Assembly (NCBI GenBank): GCA_951406725.2
Contig: OX597830.1
Span: forward strand, 63,736,001-63,800,000
Direction of reading: 5' to 3'
Origin: Octopus vulgaris
Lineage: Eukaryota
DNA length: 64,000 bases
Of this stretch, positions 26,899 through 40,247 are shown in pieces. Under the pieces are notes generated by a model. The model ran no database searches, was not told where the DNA came from, and worked only from the letters and a program-made list of their open reading frames with translations. The translations under genes were made by a program, and so were the position numbers. Each line of letters begins with the position of its first letter. Positions within the stretch are counted from its first letter, which is position 1.

Positions 26899-27300
26899 TG
26901 CGGTGATAGTGGTCGCGTTGATGATGATGATGATGATGATAATATAGACCAAGTGAAAGGAATTCTGCCGGAAATGCACTAAGCCCGAACAACCCGTTCT
27001 AATGTGAAAAAAAGAGACAACTGACCTTTGTGAAAGTAAATGCTTTTACCGTTTTTCTGGAATCTAGCATTAAAGTGACAACAAATTCTGAACATGATAA
27101 GAAGAATTTCCGTGGAACAAATAATACTTTTGAGAGAATTCATTTATACGAATCCAAATTCTTCAGTTTGAGACCGATAAAGGTAAAGATTGGTAGAATG
27201 CAAAAATACAAGTGATGTTTAAGTGACGAACCTTTAAAGAATTATTCAGGCAGATTTGCTTTTAGGATTGCACCGCTCTGCACTTCAGGTAGTACCATGA

Positions 27301-27521
27301 ACAAGGGGGGTGGATGAAAGGTTCCTGGCTTTGGTTAAAAGAAAAATACAGAAGGATCAGTTAATTATGATTTTATTCAACATAGTCTCCTCTCAGATTC
27401 ACACACTTATTTCAGAGAACTTTCAGTTTTCCTAGGCCCCGTGAAAGAACTCGAAAGGTTGGGCCACCAACAAGGTCTTTCGCGAAACCCTTAAAGCCAG
27501 AAACTTTTCAGTATCCCGTTG
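27301..27521. mobile_element. mariner-derived MITE
   Basis: TIRs ..gatgaaaggttcctggcttt / aaagccagaaacttttcagtatccc. The minus strand encodes KCVNLRGDYVE*, a mariner C-terminus. Confidence 0.75.
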
Positions 27522-27940
27522 TAGCATTTCACTTCTACTAATTGTACAGGTACAATTCCGAGTATCCTGATACTAATGGTCTGGAACATCTTATAATCCG
27601 AACTAATTTTTATGAGCATGAATTTCAAATTCCAGCGCCCGTCAGACTAATTTATTGGTACCTTACACAGACTTGTACCTTGAATGGTACACTACTAATA
27701 AACTTGCATCATTTATACTAATGTATAGGTACATGCATTTCATTTAATTATTTCAGTGGCGCAGGTGTGGCTTTGTGGTAAAGAGTTTGTTTCCTAACCA
27801 CACGATTCCAAGTTAAGTCCCATTGCGTGGCACCTTTGTCGATTGTCTTATACGTTAACATCAGGCCAACCAAAGCCTTGTGAATGAATTTTGTTGACGG
27901 AAATTGAAAGAAGCCCGTCGCACATATGTGTGTGTGTATG

Positions 27941-27983
<43 letters not shown>

Positions 27984-28202
27984 TTTTATTCTTTTACTTG
28001 TTTCAGTCATTTAACTGAGGCCATGCTAGAGCACCGCCTTTAGTCGAAACAATCGATCCCAGAGTTTATTCTTTGTAAGCCAAGTACTTGTCCTGTCGGT
28101 TTCTTTTGCCGAACTGCTAAGTTGCAGGACGTAAACACACTAGTTGTCAAGTGATTGGTGGCGGGACAAACACAGATACACACATACGTCTATATACATA
28201 TA

Positions 28203-29069
28203 CAGAGTGCGATGGGTAAATTGTCTCCATTTTATAGTTTTAATTTTGCGCATATACATTGTTTGTTTTTGATTTTGTCGACTACACATTATAGTAATAT
28301 CAATTGGGCACCGTCTGTGAGAAAAACAGCACCATGGCACAATTCATTCTGCCTGAAATTTGGAAACGATGTTGTACTGCTTGGAATTCGCGTTGAAAGC
28401 TCCGATACAAACATTTCAGAGTGTTTGGGTATCAATCTGAGGACAGTGCAATCTGAGGACATGCGCTGAGAGTGATAAAAGCCAAACATCCAGTCAACAT
28501 CATGGTATTTGGAGTGATCACTAGTAAGGGCGATGTTATATCTCCATTCATCTTCCCATACGGCCTCAGACTCAACACAGAGACCTACAACAAGTGCCTG
28601 GATGAGATAGTGTGCCCTGGGTCAAGAGAGTGGCTACTGCAAGATCCTATCTCTTACAACAGGACTCTGCACCATGTCACAGAGAATTTCTGTCAGATAA
28701 TTTCTGCGACCACATCACCCCTAACACCAGGCCACCTAACCCCCCAGACTGCAACACCCTTGATTATTAAGTGTGGGGCGCAGTTGAGAGTGTGACCAAC
28801 AAAACCCCTTGTAATATCGAAGATGAACTGAAGGCAAGGATTATGGCAGTATTCACCAACTTAAACAAGGAGACCATCCAGAAGAGTTGCAGGAGATTGC
28901 GAAATCGTCGGAACGTCGTGGTTGGAGCCAATGACAATTTTATGGATAAAGTTTACTCTTTAGTATTTCGTGACATTTTTATGTAATTTTAGTAAATACA
29001 TTTGCTAAAATGAGATGTCAGTGTTAGCTTCATTTTTGCGTAATTTAGATGACAGTTTATTCATCGCAA

Positions 29070-29072
<3 letters not shown>
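28203..29072 (+). mobile_element. Tc1/mariner-superfamily element, internally deleted, with TIRs
   Basis: TIRs cagagtgcgatgggtaaattgtc / gacagtttattcatcgcaacct with TA flanks. Motifs KHPVNIMVFGVI, QQDSAPCH, PPN.PDCN.LDY.VWG. Confidence 0.88.
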
Positions 29073-29150
<78 letters not shown>

Positions 29151-29179
29151 AAATATGTAATAAATATATATATATATAT

Positions 29180-29497
<318 letters not shown>

Positions 29498-30485
29498 AAA
29501 AAAAAAAAAAACGACGTGCTTCTTTCAGTTTCTGTCTACCAAATCCACTCACAAGGCATTGCTCGGCCCGAGGTTATTGTAGAAGACACTTGTCCTAGGT
29601 GCCACACAGTGGGACTGAACCCGGAATTATGTCGTTGGGAAGCAAGCTTCTAATCACAAAGCTACGCCTGTGCCTATAATATAGATATATTTATTCATTT
29701 ATATATATGAGTGCATATATAGCTATCTGTGTGTTTTGTGTCAAGTGGTTGTGGAAGACAACCACTTGACAACCGGTGTTGGTGTGTTTACGTCCCTGTA
29801 AATTAGCAGTTCAGCAAATGAGTAAGGTAGAATCAGTACCAGGTTTTACAAATAAATAAATAAGTCCTGAGGTCGGTTCGTTCGACTAAAATTCTTCACT
29901 GTGGTGCTGCAGTCAAATGATGAATAAAAGTAAAAGATAAAAGCTAGAATTTAATTTTTGTTTCGTATGTGGTTCGAGGTGACCCTCTGTGGTTCGGAAA
30001 AATCAGTAATCCGAAATAACCTTCGAATCAAAGATTCCGGAATATCGATTTTGTATCTGTATTGCATTGTATTGCTGATAATCGCTAGTGGAAATGCACT
30101 TCACTGCATCGTTGGTGAGACAGCACTGCACTATACCGCTAGGGTCATCAAAGTGCACCTGTTGCAGTGTGGATTGCATCACTTGTAAGACTGCACTGAT
30201 TGTGACACTGCAGTGTCAAGTATTACTAGTGTGATTGCGTTAGTTGTGGGACGGAACTGGTATGCACAGTGTTGCTGACGAAGCTGCAATGTAGTGCACA
30301 AATGGTGGGGCTGTATTGTTGGGGAATTGCATTAGATTGCACTGCATTCCTAATGCTGGGGACTCACTTCACTGAAGTGCACCACTGGCGCATCATGAGT
30401 TTCATTTTCTTCTATCACAAATTTCAGATCATGAATGACAAATGTGAAAACAAGTTATAAGAGTAATTTAATAAACAGACATCAG

Positions 30486-30902
30486 TTTACTCTTTTACTC
30501 TTTTACTTGTTTCAGTCATTTGGCTGCGGCCATGCTGGAGCACCGCCTTTAGTCGAGCAAATCGACCCCGGGACTTATTCTTTGTAAGCCCAGTACTTAT
30601 TCTATCGGTCTCTTTTGCCGAACCGCTAAGTGACGGGGACTTAAACACACCAGCATCGGTTGTCAAGCAATGCTAGGGGGACAAACACAGACTCACAAGC
30701 ACACACACACACATATATATACATATATATATACATATGTATATATATATACAGTTTCCGTCTACCAAATCCACTCACAAGGCATTGGTCGACCCGGGGC
30801 TATAGCAGAAGACACTTGCCCAAGATGCCACGCAGTGGGACTGAACCCGGAACCATGTGGTTGGTTAGCAAGCTACTTACCACAACAGCCACTCCTACAC
30901 CT
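30486..30902 (-). mobile_element. SINE family A
   Basis: Reverse complement of 5971-6395 with a small deletion. Confidence 0.9.
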
Positions 30903-31162
30903 AGTTTGTTGAATATATATATATATATAAAACTTACTTGAAAAAGGATGCGTGGCATTCGATCATATAATAATATAAATAATATATAAATATATGCATA
31001 TATACATACATATATGTGTATACCTACTTCTATATGTATATATGCATGAATATATGGGTACAGGACATCAAAAAAACGTTGAACACAATGAGAAACGAAA
31101 ACACAAAAAATCCCAAATTTTATTTAATTTGCTTTGCGGGATCATCATCATCATCATCATCA

Positions 31163-31193
<31 letters not shown>

Positions 31194-31201
31194 TGTTGCT
31201 G

Positions 31202-31258
<57 letters not shown>

Positions 31259-31270
31259 TTGTTGTTGTTG

Positions 31271-31317
<47 letters not shown>

Positions 31318-31329
31318 ATTATTATTATT

Positions 31330-31383
<54 letters not shown>

Positions 31384-31461
31384 ATTATTATTAATATTAT
31401 TATTATTATTATTATTATCATTATTATTATCATTATTATTATTATTAATATTATTATTATT

Positions 31462-31609
31462 CAGTAGTTTTATTTTTATAGCGTGCTTTCACTTCACTAC
31501 CGAGCGCAGCTCTGTGTGTCTTGGGTACGTGCTGTGGTTTCTTGCGAGGCTCTTATTTTTACTGTATTGAAAGTGTTTTACGTAGGATGTGCGGTGCCTA
31601 GTGGTGCTA

Positions 31610-31610
<1 letters not shown>
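31462..31610 (-). mobile_element. R4/Dong-like LINE extreme 3' end
   Basis: Reverse complement of 57095-57242. Confidence 0.85.
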
Positions 31611-31640
<30 letters not shown>

Positions 31641-31680
31641 CTTCTTCTTCTTCTTCTTCTTCTTCTTCTTCTTCTTCTTC

Positions 31681-31736
<56 letters not shown>

Positions 31737-32067
31737 ATTATTATTATTATTATTTATTGTCTTTGCACTGCTTCTAACGCTGGAGATGTGGGCTTCAACG
31801 GAATCCGAGCTCGGAACAGATAGAGAAGTGACAACCAAACAGTACAAGCCAGTTCAATGAGTTACCGATTCTGCTAACAGACCACCCAAGAAACTTTGAA
31901 AATCTGCAAATAGCCACAACTTACGTATTTTATCTTAATGTCGTCTGTGCAGCGGAAATAAGCCTTCTGTCTTATTCTCATTCTATTTCTCTCTCACTCC
32001 CTCTTTCCCTCTCTCGCTTCCTGTTTCTCTGCCACTGTCTTAAAGTGTCTTTCCCTTTTCTGTTCCT

Positions 32068-32118
<51 letters not shown>

Positions 32119-32134
32119 ATCTATCTATCTATCC

Positions 32135-32234
<100 letters not shown>

Positions 32235-32396
32235 CTCCCCTCCTTCTCTCTTTTTCTATCTTCTCTATGTGCATCATTCTCTCTCACTTTCTTTTTTCGT
32301 TCTTTCTCTCTCTTTATACGTACATGTGTGTATGTGTTTGTGTCATAACTATCTTTCTCTTCTTAGTCTCTCTCCCTCTCTCTGTCTCTCTGTCTC

Positions 32397-32470
<74 letters not shown>

Positions 32471-32599
32471 GGTCCCGGGTTGAGTCGGGGTTAACCACAG
32501 TAAATAAGGTACTCAATACATAGCAGAGTAAATTAATTTATTTTATAGAAGGAGCTTCTACAGGACTAGAACTGTTTCATTCAAAAGAAATCATCACGA

Positions 32600-32650
32600 A
32601 GCTTCCTGATGATTTCTTTTGAATGAAACAGTTCTAGTCCTGTAGAAGCT
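32600..32650 (+). ncRNA. Type I hammerhead motif inside a 132-bp palindrome
   Basis: agcttc CTGATGA t ttc tttt gaa t GAA acag ttctagtc ctgt A gaagct. The mirror copy on the minus strand carries a C3>G change. Confidence 0.75.
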
Positions 32651-32661
32651 CCTTCTATAAA

Positions 32662-32728
<67 letters not shown>

Positions 32729-33588
32729 TTGGTCTGTCTCTCTTGTTATCTATCTCTTCATTTCACTTTCGACAATTTCAAATATAAACCGATTGGTTCT
32801 CGAACGAAATAACATTGAATGAAAAATAAAATAATATAATAAGAATAATAAAATAAATACAACTGATTGAAAGAGTGAATGAGTGAATGAGCGAGCGAGA
32901 GGGAGAAAGAGCGGAAGAGTAAGTGAGTGAGTGAGTGAGTGAGTAAATGACTGAGTGAGTGAGTGAGAGAATGAGTGAGGGGATGCGTGAAATGGGAGCC
33001 TGCAGCCGACAGGAGTTGGTGTCGTCAGATAATAAAATTTATCGTAACACGCCACAGCACAGAAGAGAACAATATTAACTCAAGACCAGGAAACATCGTC
33101 AATAAAGCATGGAAAGATAGCGAGGATCACATTAGAGGACGTTCAAGACACACATCAGCGCACGCAGCAATCTTAAATCCATCTTCTTCTTTCCTTCTGT
33201 CTTCTTTTCTTTATTTTTGTTTTTGCTTTATTTTGTGTGTTTTGTTTGTTCTTTCTGTCGTTTTTTTTTTGATTTCGTTATTTTCCGGCCAATATTATTC
33301 TCCATATTTTCGATCGACTTAGACAAAATAAATAAATTTAAAAAAAAAGATAGAAAGGAATGAAAAACGAATATAAAATATTTGCCATCGGTAAAATTGA
33401 TACACAGACATATGAAAACACATACACGCACACACACAGACGTACGCACGCACAACACACAAACACTCATATACATGTACACATTCATACACACATGAGT
33501 ATGTGACGTGCACATTAAATGCCTATAGGTGTATGTGTATACATATGTGTACACATATACTGTAACCCAAACATACGTACATATGTAA

Positions 33589-33700
<112 letters not shown>

Positions 33701-33767
33701 CCTCGTGTGTATCGTTGTCGATTTTCTTTCTCCGTCTTCCCTTCCTTGGACCTTTCCTTTTTCTATG

Positions 33768-33800
33768 TTTCTGATGAAGAGCTCCGCTCGAAACGTCAAA
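33768..33800 (+). ncRNA. Minimal type I hammerhead ribozyme motif
   Basis: ttt CTGATGA a GAGC tcc GCTC GAAAC GTC aaa. Predicted cleavage after C33797. Lies in a module (about 33698-33898) ending at (TA)n. Confidence 0.82.
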
Positions 33801-34264
33801 TCCTCCTTTCGTTCCTTTCCTGAGCATCCAATAACTCTATACTTGTTCCACATCCTCGCGTTGTTGCATTTTCTCTTTGTTCATGTTTGGACTAACTATA
33901 TATGTGTATGTGTGTGTGTGTGCGTGTGTGTGTGTTTATATATGCCAACTGAATGTGGCAGTCCTGTAAAGGACGATGTTACTTTTCCAGCTGGCTATCA
34001 AGGCACAGTTTGTGTCCGTATACAGTATTTGCAAGGGAGGTCCTCGCTCCCATCTCTAGCCTTACGTGATACTCACAGACCTAGGTTTCTGAATGATATC
34101 CGTCCTCAGTGTGAGACAATCACAAGTTAGTGACGAAAACTTTTTCCACTCGCAAATACTATAGATTCTTTAAGCGACACACGACGGAAGAGTTCATGAT
34201 GATGATGATGATATATATATATATATATATACATATATATACATGCATACATACATACATATAT

Positions 34265-34575
34265 ATCACCGTGATCACCGTGACCGACCAGGCTATCAGA
34301 TGTTGCTACACATCGCTGGTCACAATGCGCTTTGCATTGTGTTTCAGCCTTCAAATGACGCCACCCCGCTGGCTAAGCAGGCCAACAGAAGAAAGAGTGA
34401 GAGAAAGTTGTGGCGAAAGAGTACAGCAGGGATCGCCACCACCCTCTGCCGGAGCCTCGTGGAGCTTTAGGTATTTTCGCTCAATAAACACTCACAACGC
34501 CCGGTCTGGGAATCGAAACCGCGATCCTACGACCGCGAGTCCGCTGCCCTAACCACCGGGCCATTGCGCCTCCAC
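34265..34575 (-). mobile_element. SINE family C head with an alternative 3' tail
   Basis: 34395-34575 matches family C. 34265-34395 is unrelated and ends in (cacggtgat)2. Confidence 0.85.
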
Positions 34576-34580
34576 TACAT

Positions 34581-34730
<150 letters not shown>

Positions 34731-35010
34731 ATAATAAATCTCTGAGCGAGGTATAAACAGTAACTGCTCTTTAATATAAGCGGGATCAGCCATCTGAATG
34801 TGGCTAGGGACAGGGCGGGGTGGTGGGGGTGTTACTGATGCATTTAGCCCCAGGCGACTATTGACGTCACCAGAAGAGCCGACACCATCACACCATATAT
34901 GTATATATATAACGGGAAGCTTTATGAAAATAGACAAAAGACGAAGGCAGGTGGAAAACAAACAAACAATTGTATTAGTATGGCGCTCAGGAAATATAAA
35001 TAAAACAAGT

Positions 35011-35046
35011 CTTTAACGTTTCGAGCCTACGCTCTTCAACAGAAAG
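35011..35046 (-). ncRNA. Hammerhead-like motif (U6 variant) at the PLE 3' end
   Basis: Minus strand reads cttt CTGTTGA a GAGC gtag GCTC GAAAC GTT aaag. Confidence 0.7.
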
Positions 35047-35409
35047 GTACACAGAGAGAAAAAAAACAGAAAGAAAGAGAGAAAAATTAATGCGTGCAGT
35101 AACTAACGAATCAACATGGCGATCTGATTTCGGCCAGAGGTCAAAGATCAAACATGAGACGCGAGAGCGAAATAAGGGGAGATAATAGGGTTGATAATAG
35201 GGTTGAATGACCCTAGGATAGGTCTGGACAGGCGTATGTATGGGGTTGGTGTATGTATTAGTATGTATTAGTACGTATTAGTATGTATAAGTGTGTGTGT
35301 GTGTGTATGAGAGAGTATAAGTGCGTATGAGGGGTCTGGACGTGTGTATGTATAGGGTTGGTGTATGTATTAGTATGTATTAGTATGTATTAGTACGTAT
35401 TAGTATGTA

Positions 35410-37598
35410 TTAGTTGGTGTATGTATTAGTATGGCACATCATATATGATGTGATGTGTAAAGTCGTGTGGTGTAGTGAAGAGAAGAGGGGGAGGGGGAGA
35501 AGAGGAGGAGGGGGAGAAGAGGAGGAGAAGAGGGGGAAGAGGAGAGGAGGGGGAGAAGGAGGGGGAGGAGGAGGGGGAGGGGGAGGGGGAGGAAGGAGGA
35601 AAGAGGGGGAGGGGAGAGAGAAGGGGAGGGAGGGAGCAGAGGGAAGAGGGAAGGAGGGAGGGAGAAAGAGGGAAGAAGGGAAGGGGAGTAGGGGTGAAAG
35701 GATGAAGGACTGAAGAGTAGGGGTCGGGGGGAAGGATAGGTGAGGAGGGGGGAGAGGGGTGTTAGATGAGGAGGGGGGAGAGTTGAGACCAAATGGCGTA
35801 TAAGAGCGAAGAGAGAAGATTAATTCCTGTTCACGGCGCAAACGGGAATCCGGATGGCCTCTGTGTAAGGACAAACCGAACACAGATAGGTGTTGCAAAG
35901 AGTGACCGGTGGAGCGGAAATGGCGTGAGACCGGTGTGTCGTTCGCAAGGTGGATGTCACGAAGGTGTTCCGCGAACCGGTCAGCCAAGCGGCGTCCCGT
36001 TTGTCCGATGTACAAGGAATTGCAGAGAGAGCAAGAGACGCAATAGATAATATTGCTGGAGGTGCAGGTGAAGGAGTGGATGATGGGATAGGGTCGATGG
36101 TGGGTGCTAGTGAGGCGGGTGGTGTTGGAGAGGTAAGGGCAAGTGCGGCAACGTGGGCGGGAGCAGGGGAACGAGCCGGGTTGGGAGGTAGGGTCAGGGA
36201 AGGAGCTATGGACCAAAAAGTCTCGAAGGTTGTGGGCTCGTTTGAAAGAGGGGAGGGGTCGGTTAGGGAAGAGGTGTGAAGTGGACGGGTCGGACTGGAG
36301 ATGACGGAAAGCTCGAAGAATGGTGCGTTGGAGACGTAGGGTCGTGGGGTGGTAAGTGAGGGGAAAAGGGAGGCGGGAGACTACAGGGCGGGTTCGGGGA
36401 GAGAGAGAAGATACACGGTCCACGGACCGTGCTCTGGCAAGGGCGGTGTGGATAGTGGTGAGGGGGTATCCACGTAGGGTGAAGTGGTGAGCCATACGTT
36501 GAGACTGAGTCTCAAAGTCATGGTCGTCACTACAGAGCCTACGTAGACGGAGGAATTGGGAATAGGGGATGGAAAGCTTGGTGTGTTCTGGGTGGGAGGA
36601 AGAGAAGTTGAGGTATGAGTGTGAGTCTGTGTGTTTGTAGTGAATGGAGGTGGTAAGAGTGGAGTGAAGAATGCTAACCGAAATGTCGAGGAAGGAGACA
36701 GAGGTGTTGGAGATAGTGGAAGTGAAGTGGAGGGCTGGATGGAAACATTGGACGAAAGAGAGGAAGGAATCTAGATGTTCACGGGAGAGTGAGGTGGCAC
36801 CGATAATGTCGTCAATGTAACGACCATATAGTTCAGGAGTGGGACCAGTGAAATTAGAGAATATTTGGGCCTCAACATAGCCAACGAACAGGTTCGCATA
36901 GTTGGGGCCCATTCGCGTTCCCATGGCCACTCCCGAGACCTGATGGTAGAACTCGCCCGCGAACGAGAAGCAGTTCAGAGTAAGGACAAGTTCGGCCAGA
37001 CGAATGAGTGTGGAGGTGTCAGGTACAGGGTTAGAGCGGAGGTCAAGAAAGTGTCGAAGGGCCTGCAGTCCTTCGTGGTGAGGGATAACAGTATAGAGGC
37101 TTTGGATGTCCATAGTAAAAAGGATTTTGGAGGAGCCGGGAGGAAAGGAGAAAGAGTTGAAAAGCCGGAGAGCATGGTTGGTATCGTGGATGTGGGAGGG
37201 AAGAGATGCCACTAGGGGGGCAAGGACACGGTCGAGGTATTTAGAGATGAGCTCCGTGGGGCAGTTACAGGCGGAGACGATGGGGCGGCCAGGGTTGTTG
37301 GGTTTGTGGATTTTGGGGAGGAAGTAAATGGTGGGGGTACGTGGGGTTCGCACAATTAGGTTGGATGCGGTGCGGGGGAGACGGGAGGACGAGATGAGGT
37401 CGCGGACAGTAGAGGATACCGTCTGTTGGTAGCTACGTGTGGGGTTAGAGGGCAGAGGGGAATAGAAGGAGGTGTCATTGAGTTGGCGGAAAGCCTCGGC
37501 CCTATAGAGGTCCGCGCTCCACACCACTACAGCTCCACCCTTGTCAGCCGGTTTGATGATAATGTCAGCGCGCCGTTGGAGGGAACGAAGAGCAACCC
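35410..37598 (-). CDS. PLE polyprotein: reverse transcriptase + Cys-rich linker + GIY-YIG endonuclease (N-terminally truncated; recognisable domains end near 35770)
   Basis: Motifs IIIKPADKGGAVVVW, YFLPKIHK..NPGRPIVS, TMDIQSLYT, QVSGVAMGTRMGPNYANLF, YGRYIDDI, FLD, YLNFSSSHP, CSRPRCRTC, NIIYCVSCSLC..LYIGQTGR..RFAEH, PFGLN. No stop codon over about 610 codons. The ORF-track start at 37608 lies in the flanking microsatellite. Confidence 0.95.
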
Positions 37599-37655
37599 AT
37601 ATATACATATATATGTATATATATGTATATATGTATATATATATGTATATATATA

Positions 37656-38195
37656 TGTACTGGTCAGGACAGACTGGATCTTTCAGCGTCTATTCTAGCA
37701 TCAACTGATATCGTGTTTTCGCTGAATGAAAACTTGTTTGACAAAGGCTACAGCATTTATATGGACAACTGGTTTTCCAGTCCAGACCTCTTCCTGCAGT
37801 CGCAGGCGTGGAGGACTAACGCCTGTGGGTCAGCGAGGGCGCACAGGAAAATATGCAGCTCGATCTTCACAAGATAAAACTCCGAAAGGGGGAAACAGCT
37901 TACCGATGCACTGATAGTGGCTTTGTCACTCTAGTATGGCGTGACAAGAAAAACGTCTTCATGTTGAAGTCTGCTAGCATGAAGGATTCTAGGAAACAAG
38001 ATGTGGACAGTAATGCCATAATGAAACTGAGTGTAGTTGTTTCATACAATGAAGGGATGGGCAGGATCGCTTGCTCAGATCAGCTGGTGACGACACACAA
38101 ACTGGTGAGAAAATTTGAGAAATGGTACAAAAAAATTTTCTTGTATATAGTTGACATGTGTGTCGTGAACTTACATTTGAATTGGCAGATGCTTG
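37656..38195 (+). pseudogene. piggyBac (PGBD4-like) transposase fragment
   Basis: KGYSIYMDNWFSSPDLF, ACG..R..RK, WRDKKNVFML, YNEGMG....DQ, KWYKKIFLYIVD. Confidence 0.88.
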
Positions 38196-38424
38196 GTGGT
38201 GTGGGAGTCTTGCAAAGAATTTTTCTATTCTTTGTCTCCATCCAACCGAAAATAGAATCCCCCTCCCCACTAACAGATCTAAATAACAAAGTGAAAAAAT
38301 CTAGTCAGAGAGTAAATTTAATAATATCAACCTCTTTGTCTGTATATCTACCCTCTTTATAATGTTGGCCAATGAAATAGAGATAAGAATGTGCATTGTC
38401 CGTTTGATTGGAAATTTTCTATAA

Positions 38425-38506
38425 GTGGCTGAAGATTGCTCGACATTTTAAAACTGATGTAATACAGTGTTTAATAAAATGAAGTAGCATGAAACGATCG
38501 TACCAC
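38425..38506 (+). ncRNA. Type I hammerhead motif
   Basis: gtgg CTGAAGA ttgct...agcat GAAAC GATC GTA ccac, with palindromic stem III. Followed about 35 nt later by (TATC)n/(TA)n. Confidence 0.75.
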
Positions 38507-38539
38507 ATTACTCCGGATATACTTGTTGCTTATTTTGAA

Positions 38540-38644
<105 letters not shown>

Positions 38645-38845
38645 CTGCATTTTCTATGCCTAACTCTTGTTCATCGGGATTATGTCTTCCAAAACTGGGA
38701 CTGTGGACTTTAAGAAATCGATCTGGTCTGAGCACTAATGTGGTTTGTGTCTTATCTACGCCTTTTCACGTTTTCTAAACCATTAATTGTAGTATACATA
38801 TATATGTATATATGTATCCATAAATATGTCTATGTATACATATGT

Positions 38846-38984
<139 letters not shown>

Positions 38985-39835
38985 CATATATACATATATA
39001 TGTGTGTGTGTGCTCGTGTGTGTATGTGTGTGTACATATATATGTATGTTTATATATATATAGGTGTTGTGTATACGTCCTTATCTCTGTGTCTATGCAT
39101 GCCCCAATTAAAAAACCAGTATTATCTATATCACGTTTTTCATACTCTATAACGTAGCACTTCGACAAACAGAACCGGTTAAAGCAAGTAACAGTTGGTG
39201 CCTGAGCATGGCTGCGGTCTAATGACTGTAGCCTGTACGGTGCTGCCGTAGAATTATACGGCACACGCAAAACCTCACCATCTCGTATATAGTAACGAAA
39301 TAGGAGGAAAGCCAGTTGTTTATATAAACCATTGCAGCCCCTTTTAAATCCGTTAGCATTAACAAATCACTTTGTTCTCACTCTCAGCTAATGCAGCACG
39401 AAAAATGCACTTTACGAATTCATCTGGGGAAAACGAAAGATGAGGGAAGAACACGGAAATTAAACGCTACATCCTGCATCAAACGACAAGTTTACAAACT
39501 GCTTGATGCCTCATAGAATAAAGCCCCACCACCACGACCACCACCACAGACACACACGGACACAAATATAAATATATACATACATATGCACACACATACA
39601 CGTACATAGGTTTTAGTCAATCCACGTGAAATGTAGTATAATATAGTATAGTGCTTGGAATTTTATGCATCTATCCGTTTTCCCAACCAGCAACTAGCTA
39701 TTTCCTACTTACAAACGTCCAGGTACAAGATGGCTACCAACCTATTTTGCTAGCTAGATATTCGTTAATAATATACATACTCACACATGTATGCATATGT
39801 ATACATATATATATATACACGTTTATATATATGTA

Positions 39836-39982
<147 letters not shown>

Positions 39983-40030
39983 GTATATATATATATATGT
40001 ATGTATATATATATATGTGTGTGTGTGTGT

Positions 40031-40140
40031 ATGAATAGAAATGACTTCGCTGATAATTTTTCCACTTTAATAATTAGATGTTTATATAAACATCTAATTA
40101 TTAAAGTGGAAAAATAATCAGAATAACCATTTCTATTCAT
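40031..40140. repeat. 110-bp spacerless palindrome
   Basis: Centre at 40085/40086, with mismatches at 40044-40049 and one further position. Confidence 0.9.
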
Positions 40141-40187
40141 TTTTTCAAATGTATAATACTTTACCAAGGACTTTCTATTTTATATTC

Positions 40188-40225
<38 letters not shown>

Positions 40226-40247
40226 GTGTGATTCCTTGATATACGTA

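Larger units (their letters stand above)
34911..37598 (-). mobile_element. Penelope-like retroelement (Neptune-like), 5'-truncated, with long low-complexity 3' UTR and terminal hammerhead module, inserted in (TA)n
   Basis: Carries the RT-GIY-YIG ORF. Both ends abut TA-rich microsatellite. The 3' region has a polypurine tract, a gtattagtat minisatellite and an HHR-like motif at 35011-35046. Confidence 0.93.

Noticed and set aside
35414-37698. Plus-strand and alternative-frame ORFs over the Penelope element
   Set aside because: Antisense shadows of a compositionally biased RT ORF.
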